A stretch of 64,000 bases of DNA from a virus (IMGVR_UViG_3300031993_000018:25614-89613); one strand, 5' to 3'; counted from the stretch's first letter, positions 11,761 through 23,340 are shown. Notes: a model not told the origin generated them from the sequence alone. Translations and numbers: made by a program.

Positions 11761-12243
11761 ATGGAAGTAATAATGCCTATTGGAATTCCTGGTTCTGGGA
11801 AGACCAGACTTTACAAGAAGAAGTATAGTGATTATGCACTTATATCTCTTGATTCTATTTGTAAAGAGGTAATGGGTAATGTAAATGATTGGTCAAAAAC
11901 AGAATATATATTTAAAATTTTTCTACAAAAGATTGATGAATTTATAAGTAAGGGTGAATCAATTTACATTGACAATTGTAATTTGGGTAAAAATGTAAGA
12001 AACATTATTTTAAACAGATTCAAAGGAAAAGACATCAAGGTAATATATCTTGTACTTCCATCAGATGTTGAAATATCAAATAAAAGAATTAAAGAAGCTA
12101 TTAAGAATAATGTTGAGAGATGTCATAATTCAGAAAAAAACTTATCACTTTTTATGAATGTATATAGATATGACATTATGAACAATTTTGCCGGTGAGAA
12201 TGTACAGGAAATAATATATCTTAAAGAGGAAGATTTAGATTAA
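11761..12243 (+). CDS. AAA_33/Pnk-kinase-like P-loop protein, paralog 2
   Basis: GIPGSGKT; YIDNCN. Confidence 0.85.
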   Translation: MEVIMPIGIPGSGKTRLYKKKYSDYALISLDSICKEVMGNVNDWSKTEYIFKIFLQKIDEFISKGESIYIDNCNLGKNVRNIILNRFKGKDIKVIYLVLPSDVEISNKRIKEAIKNNVERCHNSEKNLSLFMNVYRYDIMNNFAGENVQEIIYLKEEDLD

Positions 12244-12245
12244 CA

Positions 12246-12728
12246 ATGGAAGTAATTATACCTATAGGAATATCTGGTTCTGGGAAAAGCAGACTTTACA
12301 AGAAGAAGTACAGTCATTTGACACTTGTGTCAGGAGAACTTATCTGTAAGGAGATGTATGGCAGAATCAATGCATATCATAAACTCAATGAAGTCCGTAA
12401 TGAGATTAATAGAAGAGTTGGTGAACTCATAGAGAAAGGCGAATCATTTTACTATGATGGTTATACTATAGATACTCACAGAAGGAAAAATATTTCTGAT
12501 ATGTTCAGAGGAAAAGACATCAAGGTAATATATCTTTTACTTCCTTCAGATGTTGAGGTGTGTGAAAAAAGAATCAAAGAAGATATAAAGAATAATGTTG
12601 AAAGGGCAAATGTTTCAGGTATAACTCTTAAAATACAACTACATTTTTATAAAGAATCCCTTGAGAATAATTTTGAGGGAGAGAATGTACAGGAGATAAT
12701 TTACCTTAAAGAAGAAGATTTAAAATAA
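12246..12728 (+). CDS. AAA_33/Pnk-kinase-like P-loop protein, paralog 3
   Basis: GISGSGKS; YYDGYT. Confidence 0.85.
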   Translation: MEVIIPIGISGSGKSRLYKKKYSHLTLVSGELICKEMYGRINAYHKLNEVRNEINRRVGELIEKGESFYYDGYTIDTHRRKNISDMFRGKDIKVIYLLLPSDVEVCEKRIKEDIKNNVERANVSGITLKIQLHFYKESLENNFEGENVQEIIYLKEEDLK

Positions 12729-12735
12729 CATAGTT

Positions 12736-13218
12736 ATGGAAATAATAGTACCAATAGGAATTTCAGGGTCTGGAAAGACCAGACTCTACAATATGAGATA
12801 TAAGGATTTGACACTGTTGTCACCTGACCTCATCCGCAAGGAACTGACTGGAAGTATCAGTGACCAGAGGAAGAACAGAGAGGTCTTTGAAGAGGTTGAC
12901 AGGAGAGTCAAGGAGTATGTTGATGAGGGTAGGTCATTCTTCTATGATGCCACCAATGTCAATCCTGAGTTCAGGAAAAAGTTTGTGGAACAGTTCCGGG
13001 GAACAGATGTCAAGATAACATATGTCATTCTTCCTGCTGATATGAATATATCTTATATCAGAATCAAGCAGGATTTGAAGAACAATGTCGAGAGGGCAAA
13101 GGTTCCATTTGAAGTCCTAATCAGGCAAAAGGGATTCTACAACCAGTCTCTCAACTCCAACTTTGAGGGAGAGAATGTACAGGAGGTGATTTATATCAAG
13201 GAAGGAGATTTGGACTGA
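12736..13218 (+). CDS. AAA_33/Pnk-kinase-like P-loop protein, paralog 4 (canonical motifs)
   Basis: GISGSGKT, SPDLIRKEL (DxxR), FYDATN. Confidence 0.88.
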   Translation: MEIIVPIGISGSGKTRLYNMRYKDLTLLSPDLIRKELTGSISDQRKNREVFEEVDRRVKEYVDEGRSFFYDATNVNPEFRKKFVEQFRGTDVKITYVILPADMNISYIRIKQDLKNNVERAKVPFEVLIRQKGFYNQSLNSNFEGENVQEVIYIKEGDLD

Positions 13219-13336
13219 TATGTGAATGGAAACATTATATGTCATATGTTCAAAAATAATGAACACCACTGATATAATGAACAGAAGGATATTAAAAATG
13301 AAGAAGTTTAACACATTAAAATTTTAAGTCCGAAGT

Positions 13337-13930
13337 ATGTACTACACACTGGAAATAAATGATCCGGATAAGTTGTTTTTTTGTAGTGACTCGCATTTTG
13401 GTCATTTTAACATATGCAAATATTGTCACAGACCATTTCAGACGAGGGCAGAGATGGATCAGACACTTGTTGACAACTGGAACTCTGTTGTTCCCCCGGA
13501 TGGTATTGTCATTCATTGTGGTGATTTTATGTTACCACATGACAATGATCCCAAGGAATATATGAAGTACTTGAAGAAACTGAATGGTACAGTATATCTC
13601 ACAAGGGGTAACCATGACAGGATAGACATAGGTACACATCTTCTGGATGGTGTTCCTAAACTCATTGTCAATGACATAATGATGGTTGAGGTTGAGGGAA
13701 TCAAGATTTATGCCCAGCATTGCGGACCTTGCGCCTCACATCTTGGGACATTCCATGTGTATGGCCATATCCATACACTCTTTGATGGTACTTCTTTTGG
13801 TGTCAACCAGGAAGCATTGAAGGCAATGAGGATGTCATCTTATGATGTAGGTGTGGACCAGAATGGATATAAACCCATTTCATATTGGGAATTGTGTGAC
13901 ATTTTAAGAAAAAGATCAAGGGAGAAATAA
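13337..13930 (+). CDS. calcineurin-like metallophosphoesterase
   Basis: SDSHFGH, CGDF, GNHD, GHIH motifs. Confidence 0.92.
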   Translation: MYYTLEINDPDKLFFCSDSHFGHFNICKYCHRPFQTRAEMDQTLVDNWNSVVPPDGIVIHCGDFMLPHDNDPKEYMKYLKKLNGTVYLTRGNHDRIDIGTHLLDGVPKLIVNDIMMVEVEGIKIYAQHCGPCASHLGTFHVYGHIHTLFDGTSFGVNQEALKAMRMSSYDVGVDQNGYKPISYWELCDILRKRSREK

Positions 13931-13933
13931 GTT

Positions 13934-14803
13934 ATGTTTGAGTACAGAATTGTAGAAAAAGTATCTAAAGAAACATATTACACTGTTGAAAGGAGATTTA
14001 AACTCTGGTTCATCAGGGGTAAATGGAGAAGGTGCAAGCTGGAAGTATTTTATGGTTATGGATCTGTAAGATATCCGGCAGTATTTAAAACATATGAAGA
14101 GGCAAAAAAGTATGTAGAACATAAGGGTGCATTGGTAAATGGACTCATTCCCGGTCATCCATTTTATACAGAATAAAAATATGGTTGAAAACAAGTTTTG
14201 GTTGGTAAAGAGTCTGGAAGAAAGGTCAAGATCTTATGAGATGTTCAATGGTGTTCCTCATAGGGTTTTATACAGTGATATAAAATTTTGGACAGCCAGG
14301 CATGGACACTGTTACCTGGGTGAGCAGAGTCTGGGAAAGGTTACAGATATCACAAGTGAAACTGAACCTGTACAGGTAAAGTTGGTACAGACAGACAATG
14401 ACATTCCTGATTTCTATGTACAGAGATATGGGGATTGTCTCTTCATCAATTACAGAACCGAAAAGTATTACAAACCATGTAAGAGGAAACTCATAGGTTG
14501 GAAACATATTGAGGTTGAGAGGGTTCCGCATATATATCAGATTTCAAACAAATTGTTCCCGGAGATTACGGAGGAATCAGGTATTGTAAAATTTAACATA
14601 GAGAGAATATAATGGAAATCAAATTTGAAGACTTGACTGATCAACAGTGTACTGATATCATAGCCCATTTTGTGGAAAGGATAATGACGGGTGAAGTTAA
14701 GGAAATAATCATCCATAATGATAATGATGATATTGTCATCACAAAAAAACCAAGACTGGATGATACTACAGCAAACAATGATTTAATTATTCCGATAGTA
14801 TAA
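13934..14803 (+). other. three hypothetical CDS (13934-14176, ~14181-14612, 14612-14803)
   Basis: Packed + strand ORFs. Confidence 0.7.
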
Positions 14804-15028
14804 TGTACCAGTGAAAAAGGGTTAGTAGTAGCACCTCAAAGTCAGTAACCCTGAGATTATATCAAAATCAGTGGTAGGACACAGATGAGCTGTAGTTGGG
14901 GTATTTTGGTACATTTTGTTATATTTACTTAAATTATCAGAGAACAGAGTTTGTCCATTCTCCAAAAATGGACTGGCGTGGGAAAATAGATTTGAACCTA
15001 TTTAATTAACAATCAAATCCCCAAAATT

Positions 15029-16411
15029 ATGTTTATTTCAAAAAATCAAAATTTCAAAGAGGAGTATTGTGCCTCTGTGGTAAGAATCGGTGAAACTTTC
15101 CCAATTGAGGGTAAGGACAGAATCGTAAAGACTCTTGTCAATGGTCTTTCAATTGTAATCGGAAAGGATGAGTTTAAGACTGGTGATGTTGCTGTCTATT
15201 GTGCAAATGAAACCTGTCTGCATGAACTGTTCCTCCACCTCAACTCAATGTATGAGGATAAGGAGTTGAATGTTGACCAGGAGAAGAAGGGTTATATCAA
15301 CAAGCATGGTCGTATCCGTGTGATCAGACTTGGTGGAATACCTTCCTATGGACTCCTCATTCATGCTGATTCAATTGCCACCTTTATCAATGAACCTGTT
15401 GAGGAAGTTGTAAAGTTCCTTGAAGCACATGTAGGAGAGGACTTTGACGAAATCAATGGTGAAAGGTTCTGCCAGGTTTATGTGCCACCGGTGAAGAATG
15501 TTCCTGAAAAACTCTCAAGACAGGAGAGAATGAAGAAGAAGCTTGACAGGTTCAAGATGCTTATTGAGGGTTCATTCCGTCTGCACTATGAGACCAGTCA
15601 GTTGCAGAAGAATATGAGGGACATCAATCCTGATGATGTAGTGTATATCTCTACCAAGATTCACGGTACCTCCGCTATCTATGCAAACATACTCACCAAT
15701 CTCCCGACCAACTGGTTCAAGAGAATGTGGAGGAAGTATGTAACCCATACCCAGGAATATGACCAGGGATATAACCTTGTATATTCTTCAAGGACTGTCA
15801 TAAAGAATGAGTATATCAACAAGAAGCAGAGACCTGGTGGTTTCTATTCTGATGATATATGGGGTTACTGGGGTAAGAAACTTGAAGGACTTATACCTAA
15901 GGACTACTGCATCTACTGTGAGATTGCAGGTTTCACTCCAAACGGTTCTCCAATTCAGAAGGGTTATGACTATGGTTGTACCCATGTTGCTGAAGAGAAG
16001 TCAAAGTTGATGGTTTACCGTGTGACCAAGGATGGAAAGGATCTTGAAATCCCTGATGTCATAGAAATGGGTAAATATCTCCAGGAACTTCTTGGAGACA
16101 TCATTATGCCATTCCCACTTCTTTATATGGGAACTCTCAAGGATCTCTATCCGGATGTATCAACTACTGAACACTGGCATGAGAATGTCCTTGAACTCCT
16201 GAAGGTGGAGAAGAGGTTTAAGATGGAGGAAGATGAACCTATGTGCAGAACCAAGGTTCCTCGCGAAGGTTTCGTACTCCGTAAGGCAAACGACCCTGTT
16301 GCTGAAGCATGGAAGTTGAAGACTAATGCCTTCAAGATGCGTGAGGCCAAACTGGTTGACGCTGGTGAGGTTGATATGGAAATGGAAGCAGGTTACACAG
16401 AAACCGCTTAA
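15029..16411 (+). CDS. RNA ligase, Rnl2/DRB0094-like family
   Basis: Motif I TKIHGTS, motif III YCEIAG, motif IV REGFVLR, motif V WKLK; N-terminal domain typical of the family. Confidence 0.88.
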   Translation: MFISKNQNFKEEYCASVVRIGETFPIEGKDRIVKTLVNGLSIVIGKDEFKTGDVAVYCANETCLHELFLHLNSMYEDKELNVDQEKKGYINKHGRIRVIRLGGIPSYGLLIHADSIATFINEPVEEVVKFLEAHVGEDFDEINGERFCQVYVPPVKNVPEKLSRQERMKKKLDRFKMLIEGSFRLHYETSQLQKNMRDINPDDVVYISTKIHGTSAIYANILTNLPTNWFKRMWRKYVTHTQEYDQGYNLVYSSRTVIKNEYINKKQRPGGFYSDDIWGYWGKKLEGLIPKDYCIYCEIAGFTPNGSPIQKGYDYGCTHVAEEKSKLMVYRVTKDGKDLEIPDVIEMGKYLQELLGDIIMPFPLLYMGTLKDLYPDVSTTEHWHENVLELLKVEKRFKMEEDEPMCRTKVPREGFVLRKANDPVAEAWKLKTNAFKMREAKLVDAGEVDMEMEAGYTETA

Positions 16412-16489
16412 GGTAGGAGGTGGTATCAACCTTATTTGAAGGTATATGAAAATTGGGGGATGTGAATCTCCCAATTTTTTGTTATTTTA

Positions 16490-16521
16490 TTTGGAAAATC
16501 CAAAAAAATATTGTATCTTTG
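16490..16521 (+). promoter_or_regulatory. Bacteroidota sigma-A promoter (near-identical copy at 18280-18311)
   Basis: TTTG-N20-TATCTTTG; ~37 bp shared with the 18280 copy; follows the terminator at ~16450-16480. Confidence 0.8.
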
Positions 16522-16553
16522 TAGTAAAGTAAAACTAATAATACAAAACTGAT

Positions 16554-17429
16554 ATGGCTGTTATGGATGAAACACCTGATTATAAGGTGGAAAATGGAAA
16601 AATATATAGTTACATAAGCCCAGAATACTATTATGATGTTGATTGGGGTAATTGTGTAAGGGGTGGACATTGGATTGCGGTTGCAGATGATACCCCAGAG
16701 AATAGAAAGATATACGGATTGTAAATATATTCATATGTTAGAAGAAGATAAATTTATTGAGTTGAAGATTGGTGATGTTTTCCGCTTTAACAGGGCAAGA
16801 CATCACTGTAAGGTTGTGAATATGTTTGAATATGAAGGAAAGACATATTTCAACTATATCACAATAGAGGAATATCCTACTATGAAGACAACTACCAAAA
16901 ATTGGTTGTGTGGTGTTTATACCTATTATGGGAATGTTTATGACGGTGTTGTTGAGGTCAACGGATATATCGTGAGGGGAACCGGCGGAAGGGTTCTTAT
17001 CAACCCTAAACCAGTGAAGGAGAAATCCAAGAAACCAAAACCCGAAAAGAAACCTTTGACTGATTTCCAGAAGTTCTGCATATTACAGCGTAGTGGTAAA
17101 ATCAATATGACTGATATTGTGAGAGGTGCATTTCTTACTGAAATGTCAGAATCAAAGTATGAAGACATCCTCTTCCACTATGATGAGTATGAATCAGGTA
17201 AAAGGCAGTGATTATGAACAGAAGGGATTTACTGGTTTTTACAGGTGTCATCATCTTTAGTGTATGTGGTTACTTTGATGTGGCTTCACTTTCAACATCA
17301 GTTGACATCATAAACCATTTTGTGTTTTGGATTGTCCTTATCTGTGTATATCTGGTATTGATGATCATTTTCAGTCTCCTGTTCACCAAATTCGGAAAAT
17401 GGGGAGACAAGGTATTATTCAAGAAATAA
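16554..17429 (+). other. three hypothetical CDS (16554-16724, 56 aa, missed by track; ~16735-17211; 17208-17429 membrane)
   Basis: Translated by hand: MAVMDETPDYKVENGK...RKIYGL*; other ORFs from the track. Confidence 0.65.
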
Positions 17430-17432
17430 GTT

Positions 17433-18272
17433 ATGTTCAAACCTTGTGATATATGTCTTGAAGAGACCTGTAAGGGTGCTCATACCTGTAACTGTGATAC
17501 TTGTAAGGTCAAGGATAAGTGTTACAGGCAACTTGCCGCAACTATAAGGATAACCAACAGGTGTACCCAGGAGTGTTCTCACTGCTGTTTTGAGAGTTCC
17601 CCCAAGTCCAACATTATGATGTCTGTCGAGATGGCCCGGAACATTGCCAAGTTCATCAATGTAAATGGTGTAGAAAGACTGAACCTTATGGGTGGTGAAT
17701 TCTTCTGCAACCCTGACTGGTTTGAGATCTATTCCACACTTATTGACACCAATGTGAATCATGCCAGGTTGGTGACCAATGGTGACTGGGTGAACAGTGA
17801 AAAGACCAAGACACAAATCAAGGAACTGGTTGACAGATTCGGAAAGAAGATTTATTTCTGCATCTCCAAAGATAAGTGGCATACCAACAAGAATGTGGAT
17901 GCTGCCAAGGAATATCTGGACAGTATTGGTACAATTGCACTTGTTGCCACAGAGGAACAAACCAAGAATGAGTCAATTGTCCCTGTGGGAAGGGCACATC
18001 TCCAATATATCAGCGGAATCTATGATATGATGGGATGTTACTGCCAGAATCCGGAGAATATGTATTCCTTCCTCATTGATGAAAAAGGTGAGATATACAA
18101 GTGTGGATTTGGTGTCATCTCATATGCCAATGTTGATGAATATCTGGAAGGTGGTTTCAGAGAGAGGTTCAAGGAGGCAAACTCCAAATTCTACAAACAG
18201 TTTATAGCATCTTGTAGGAGTTGTTACAATTTTGTATTGGTAAAAGCAAGGGATAGGATTGTAGAATATTGA
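17433..18272 (+). CDS. radical SAM protein with Cys-rich N-terminus and C-terminal auxiliary-cluster-like motif
   Basis: ITNRCTQECSHC (CxxxCxxC), GGEF, GEIYKC...CRSC. Confidence 0.9.
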   Translation: MFKPCDICLEETCKGAHTCNCDTCKVKDKCYRQLAATIRITNRCTQECSHCCFESSPKSNIMMSVEMARNIAKFINVNGVERLNLMGGEFFCNPDWFEIYSTLIDTNVNHARLVTNGDWVNSEKTKTQIKELVDRFGKKIYFCISKDKWHTNKNVDAAKEYLDSIGTIALVATEEQTKNESIVPVGRAHLQYISGIYDMMGCYCQNPENMYSFLIDEKGEIYKCGFGVISYANVDEYLEGGFRERFKEANSKFYKQFIASCRSCYNFVLVKARDRIVEY

Positions 18273-18319
18273 TGTTTTATTTGGAAAATCCAAAAAATTA
18301 TTGTATCTTTGTAATAGAT

Positions 18320-19950
18320 ATGGAAATATTCAGAGCAATATATGACAAGAGAGTGTGGGATGATGGCCGCAATTATGATAGTCACATCATACACACTGAA
18401 ATAGGTTTCTACACATCAAGAGAGAAGGCTGAAAGAGAATTGTATCTTTATATGACCCAGAGGATTGTAGGTCTTGACAAGGAGAGAACAAAGAAGTGTA
18501 TATCCCAGACAAGTAAAGACAATAAGATTATTATCAATAAGGATAATTATTACTGGATTGAACCGGTAGAAGTAAATGAATAATTATTAAAAAACTATAA
18601 GCATTATGGATGATAAAATTGTATGTAAGAATTTAGATGACTTTATAGAAAGATGTTGTCGGTACTTTAAGAATAATTATCTGTATGTGGCCGGTCATGA
18701 GTCATTTATCAGAGATTTTAAATCCTTCACAAGTAAGTTGAGTATTACTGGTAAGAAGTGGAGTGATTATGATGAGTGTATGCTTCAGAATATCATAAAG
18801 GATGAAAATTGTCCTCTTGACTCTGACCAAATAGAGTGGATAAAATCTCTAAAGAATATGTTGTCTTGAAACAAGCAATAGAGATATGAAAGAAATACAT
18901 TTCTATACAAACCTCACCAATGAGGAACAGACTTCAGAGAAGGACCTGGATACTATGTTGGTGGATTACTTCACATCCTGGGCAGCAATTGAGAATCCTA
19001 ATGTGGAGGTGGTGAAGACTACCCAGATTGCTTTACTCAGGAATGCCTGGGATTACATCAGAAGAGGTGATGCAGTGTTCATCCACAATGGTAGGAAAGT
19101 CCTTGAGGTGAAGGAACATATGGAAGGTACACAGAAGGATATCAGAGTTGGTCACAACATCCTGAGTATCCTTACAGGAGGTACTTTCGGACCAATTGAA
19201 TAACATTTAAATTATAAAAATATGAGTAGTGATAGCGGTTCATCAAGTGGTATTAGTTTTGGAGGAGCACTTTTTCTTATCTTCCTTATCCTTAAACTTG
19301 TGGGAGTGATTGACTGGAGTTGGTGGTGGGTTTTTTCACCCCTTTTGATTGGTGTGGGTTTCTGGATTTTGCTTATACTTTTTATAACAATTGTAATTAA
19401 AAGGTCATAAATTATGAATAAAGAACAACCCCGTTTTCGTATCCTTAACAAGACCTCCAAGACAGTAACTTTGAGACTTGGAGACAAACCTATGACATTC
19501 CCCTGGGAAGAGTTCAACAAGAAACTTATTGTAGTTGACAAGATTTGGGCAACTTTCAATGAGGAGGAAGCAAAGAAACAAGCAGAGGCAGATGATCTCA
19601 TCAATGATGCAGTTGTTGCTGTTCTCGTTCAGAATGGTGGTGGAGAGCCTGGATTCAAAATGATGCATATGGCTGCCCTTCCGGGTATTATTGACAAACT
19701 GACTGTACTCCTGGAGTGCAACAGGTTGGAGGTAATGAACATCATCCGTAAGAGACTTATGGCTATGAATCCATTTATGTCCAAACCTATGTTCACAGAT
19801 GATGAACTCAAAAGGAATGGTATCCATCATAAGAAGAAACATCTTCCAAAGGATGAAAAACCGGTTCCTGTGTTTGAGGTGGAGAAACCTACATTGGGAG
19901 ATGCTTTCCCGGGTCTTGCTGACCTTAAAGAAAAATTGGAGAATAAGTAA
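18320..19950 (+). other. five hypothetical CDS (18320-18583, 18606-18869, 18886-19203, 19222-19410 membrane, 19414-19950)
   Basis: Packed + strand ORFs after the promoter at 18280-18311. Confidence 0.7.
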
Positions 19951-19952
19951 AA

Positions 19953-21377
19953 ATGAAGAAAGAAGAATTCCTTAAAATAACCGGATATATTGGTGGTATC
20001 ATCAAGGGTACTTCCTTTGAGAATCATGTCTTTGCTGTAGGCGGGTCTGTAAGAGACCTGTGTATGGGTAATGACATCAAGGATATTGACCTTGTAATAG
20101 ATCTTCCTCATGGTGGTGTGGATTTTGCCAACTGGTGTAAGAACCAGGGTTACACAAACACTGTTGTGATTTATGAGACCTATGGAACAGCTATGTTCAA
20201 ATTTAAGGAATTCCCTGGTGAGGAAATTGAGTGTGTGATGACCAGAGGTGAGAAGTATCTTGACAAGGAATCCAGAAACCCTGTGACATCATTTGCCGAC
20301 ATCAATGAGGATGCAATCAGAAGAGACCTCACCATCAATGCCCTTTATTATAATGTAAGTACAGGTGAAATCCTGGATCTGGTTGGTGGTATGAAGGATA
20401 TTGAGGACCATATCATCAGGACCACCAATACTGACCCTGATGTTGTATTTGATGATGACCCCTTGAGAATCCTGCGAGTAATCCGTTTCGCAACAAGATA
20501 TGGTTGGGAGATTGAGGAGAAGACCTTCAAGTCTATGAAGAAATATGTCAGAAGACTTGACATCATCACCAAGGAGAGGATCCAGGCTGAACTCAACAAG
20601 ATTCTTCTTTGTAGGAATGCAGTAATGGGTATAGGTTATATCCATGACATAGGTGCTATGAAATATGTCATCCCGGAGTTTGAGAAATGTTATGGTCTTG
20701 AGCAGAATGCTTTTCATTTCGGTGATGTGGCAGAACACACCCTTGCTGTCCTTCAACACCATTGTGAAACCTTTGAACCCAATCTGACAGAGAGACTGGC
20801 ATGTCTTCTCCATGACATTGGTAAGGTCATCACAATGACAGTAAAGGATGGTAAAGTACATTTCTACAACCATGAATATGCAGGTGTGGGTATGGCTGTA
20901 AATATCCTCAAAGATTTGAAGTATGACAATGACACCATTGATGAGGTATGTTTCCTTATCAAGAACCATATGAGAACCAAGCAGATGGGTGATGGTGCCA
21001 GACTTATGAAGGATAAGTCTCTGAACAAACTCCTTTATGAGTGCAAGACCTATGAGAGATTTGAGTCTCTTATGAGGATAATTGAGTGTGACAACCTGGC
21101 ACACAAGAAGGAGTGCTGCATATATCACCAATACAAGGAACTGACAGAGAAGGTAAAGGGTTCAGACACTTATATGAAGATGTTTGGATACAGACTTCCT
21201 GTAACCGGTAATGACATTATGGAAACCTTGGGTATTGCACCTGGTCCCATTATTGCAGAGATAAACAACAGACTTCTCAAGCAGGCATTCAACAATCCTG
21301 GTATCACGAAGGAGAGTTGTCTTGCTATGCTTCCAAGACTGAATAAAGAGGCAGAACAGGTAATCAAGGAGAAATGA
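19953..21377 (+). CDS. cca: CCA-adding tRNA nucleotidyltransferase with HD domain
   Basis: VGGSVRDL, KDIDL, RRDLTINAL, DDPLRILR..RF, LLHDIGK. Confidence 0.93.
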   Translation: MKKEEFLKITGYIGGIIKGTSFENHVFAVGGSVRDLCMGNDIKDIDLVIDLPHGGVDFANWCKNQGYTNTVVIYETYGTAMFKFKEFPGEEIECVMTRGEKYLDKESRNPVTSFADINEDAIRRDLTINALYYNVSTGEILDLVGGMKDIEDHIIRTTNTDPDVVFDDDPLRILRVIRFATRYGWEIEEKTFKSMKKYVRRLDIITKERIQAELNKILLCRNAVMGIGYIHDIGAMKYVIPEFEKCYGLEQNAFHFGDVAEHTLAVLQHHCETFEPNLTERLACLLHDIGKVITMTVKDGKVHFYNHEYAGVGMAVNILKDLKYDNDTIDEVCFLIKNHMRTKQMGDGARLMKDKSLNKLLYECKTYERFESLMRIIECDNLAHKKECCIYHQYKELTEKVKGSDTYMKMFGYRLPVTGNDIMETLGIAPGPIIAEINNRLLKQAFNNPGITKESCLAMLPRLNKEAEQVIKEK

Positions 21378-23178
21378 AGCAGAACAAATACATAATCCTG
21401 GTTAAGAATGGTAATGTTGAGTTCAGATGTGGATATGTCATCAGACATGCCCATCTTCTTAACAAACCTGATGAGGACCAGTATGTAATAGGTGGAGGAA
21501 AGTTTGCTTTCAGTGATGAGGATAATGCTGTAGTCCTTTATGGTGCCAGTGATGATTATGGTTATCCCAGGAACATTGGGGAGAATCTTAAAAAGTGTTA
21601 TGCTTCGGCAATGGAATCACTTGGAGATGAATATTACTATCACTTCAAAGAGTATGAGGAAATGCCAGATGGTTACAGACTGGTCTATGTTGATCCCTTT
21701 GGTGTGTCCAGGGATGTAAATACAGGTAAGGTAGTACTTCTCAAAACCAGATGTTATGCCTGATTCATTCTATGCCGGAGTAACCGTCTGTGGTGTCTAT
21801 TCTGAAGGTTGGGTAATTCCCCAATACTTTGATAATGGAGAATGGTGGTACTGGATGCCTGGTGTCGGAACAGTTCCAGAACATAATCTTATAAAAAAGT
21901 GAGGATTTTTTCCTCACTTTTTTTGGTTATATCAAATATTATTATTATCTTTGTATCAGAAACAAACAATAACAGATATGACACCTTTAGAACTTATTAA
22001 GAAAGACCTCCAGGAGAGGAAGGATTTGTATGGTCGTCCTATGATTGATTCATATGTCATTCTGAAGAAGGATGACAAGGGATATTACATTGAGTATGCA
22101 TTCAAGGAGGGTGCTCCCCATGACAACCGTTGTCTGTCCTGGTATGACTCTTATCAGGAGAAAGCATATCTTTATAATGGCTGGTGTCAGTCAAATGGGG
22201 TTGATCTCCCAGAAGAGGAAACCAGAAAGATTCTGGATTCTATCAGAAAGAAGAGAGAGGAAAGGGTTGGAAAGATTTTCATACTCCATTCATTTACATG
22301 TGGTTATGAGGAGGATGAAAAGGGTCGCCTTGAAGAGGCAGAAAAGTCCTGGATTGAATTCAAGGAGTATCATTCCGATGAGAATGGTGTAATGAAACCC
22401 TTTGTTCCAGGAGACCACATCTGTAAGGTTGGTTGTCCTGCCAAGGAATGTGACTGGGTTAAGAATAAGAAACACCCCTGGACATATGAAGAACCTGTCA
22501 AGTGTGCCTGTTGGAAACTTGAGGATGGTGTGACTATGGAGGAATTCATCAACAACTATAGAATTTCAATGAAGGCCACAGAGTTGGCCAAGCTTCTCTG
22601 ATATGGATAAACTCATCAATTATATTGAGTTCCGGGCCGCCAAGTATGGTATGATAAAGGGTATTGCCTCCACCAGTTCTATGTACTATCAGATTGGTAT
22701 CAACAAGGTGAGGGTGTCTGATCATATCAAATATGGTGAAGATAGTGTAAAGGAATGTGATTATTACTTCATCATCCAACCAAATGACACATACATTTTC
22801 CTCACCAGTCCCAAATATGTAAAGGGTGGTAAGGGTTATTTGAAGATTGTGTCATATGAAGAGGCAAAAGATTTCATCAAGTCACTTGATGAGTTTGCAA
22901 TGCAGTACACCAAGATGACTGACTGGTATATCCCGGAAGACTGGAACAGACAGCTTGAACCAAGGAGAGTGGATAAAATGCCTTGGGAGGAGTTCTACAA
23001 GAAGTTCCTGGAAGGTAAGTCTGAGCAGTATATAATGGGAGTTATCAGTAGGATTGAATCCCTTGTATATGGCAACCCCAAGAAGGGAAACATTAATGCA
23101 AAGATGGAGATAATTGAATCTTTATATGATGGTCTGACTGCATCCCAGTATGGTGCTCTTATGGCAAAAATGGAGTAA
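21374..23178 (+). other. four hypothetical CDS (21374-21763, 21756-21902 48 aa missed by track, 21978-22601, 22603-23178)
   Basis: ATG-TGA coupling; terminator ~21895-21925 and sigma-A promoter 21922-21953. Confidence 0.65.
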
Positions 23179-23211
23179 TAAAAATTTTCAGATTTTTTGT
23201 TATATTTAGTT

Positions 23212-23228
23212 TGTGTAAGTTTTACACA
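23212..23228. promoter_or_regulatory. palindromic operator resembling an NrtR box
   Basis: TGTGTAA-GTT-TTACACA (GT-N7-AC core) next to TTGTTATATTTA and overlapping CATAAATA, upstream of pncA. Confidence 0.5.
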
Positions 23229-23340
23229 TAAATATAATGTAAGCTGGAAATAAAAATCCACAGAATCCTATCTGGATTCAGAATGTGAGGTAATAAAAAC
23301 AGGTTACGTAAAGTAATACAAATTAAAGTTTATATAACTT

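Noticed and set aside
17415-21131. Long antisense ORFs (17415-17960, 20289-21131 and similar)
   Set aside because: Shadow frames of well-supported + strand genes.
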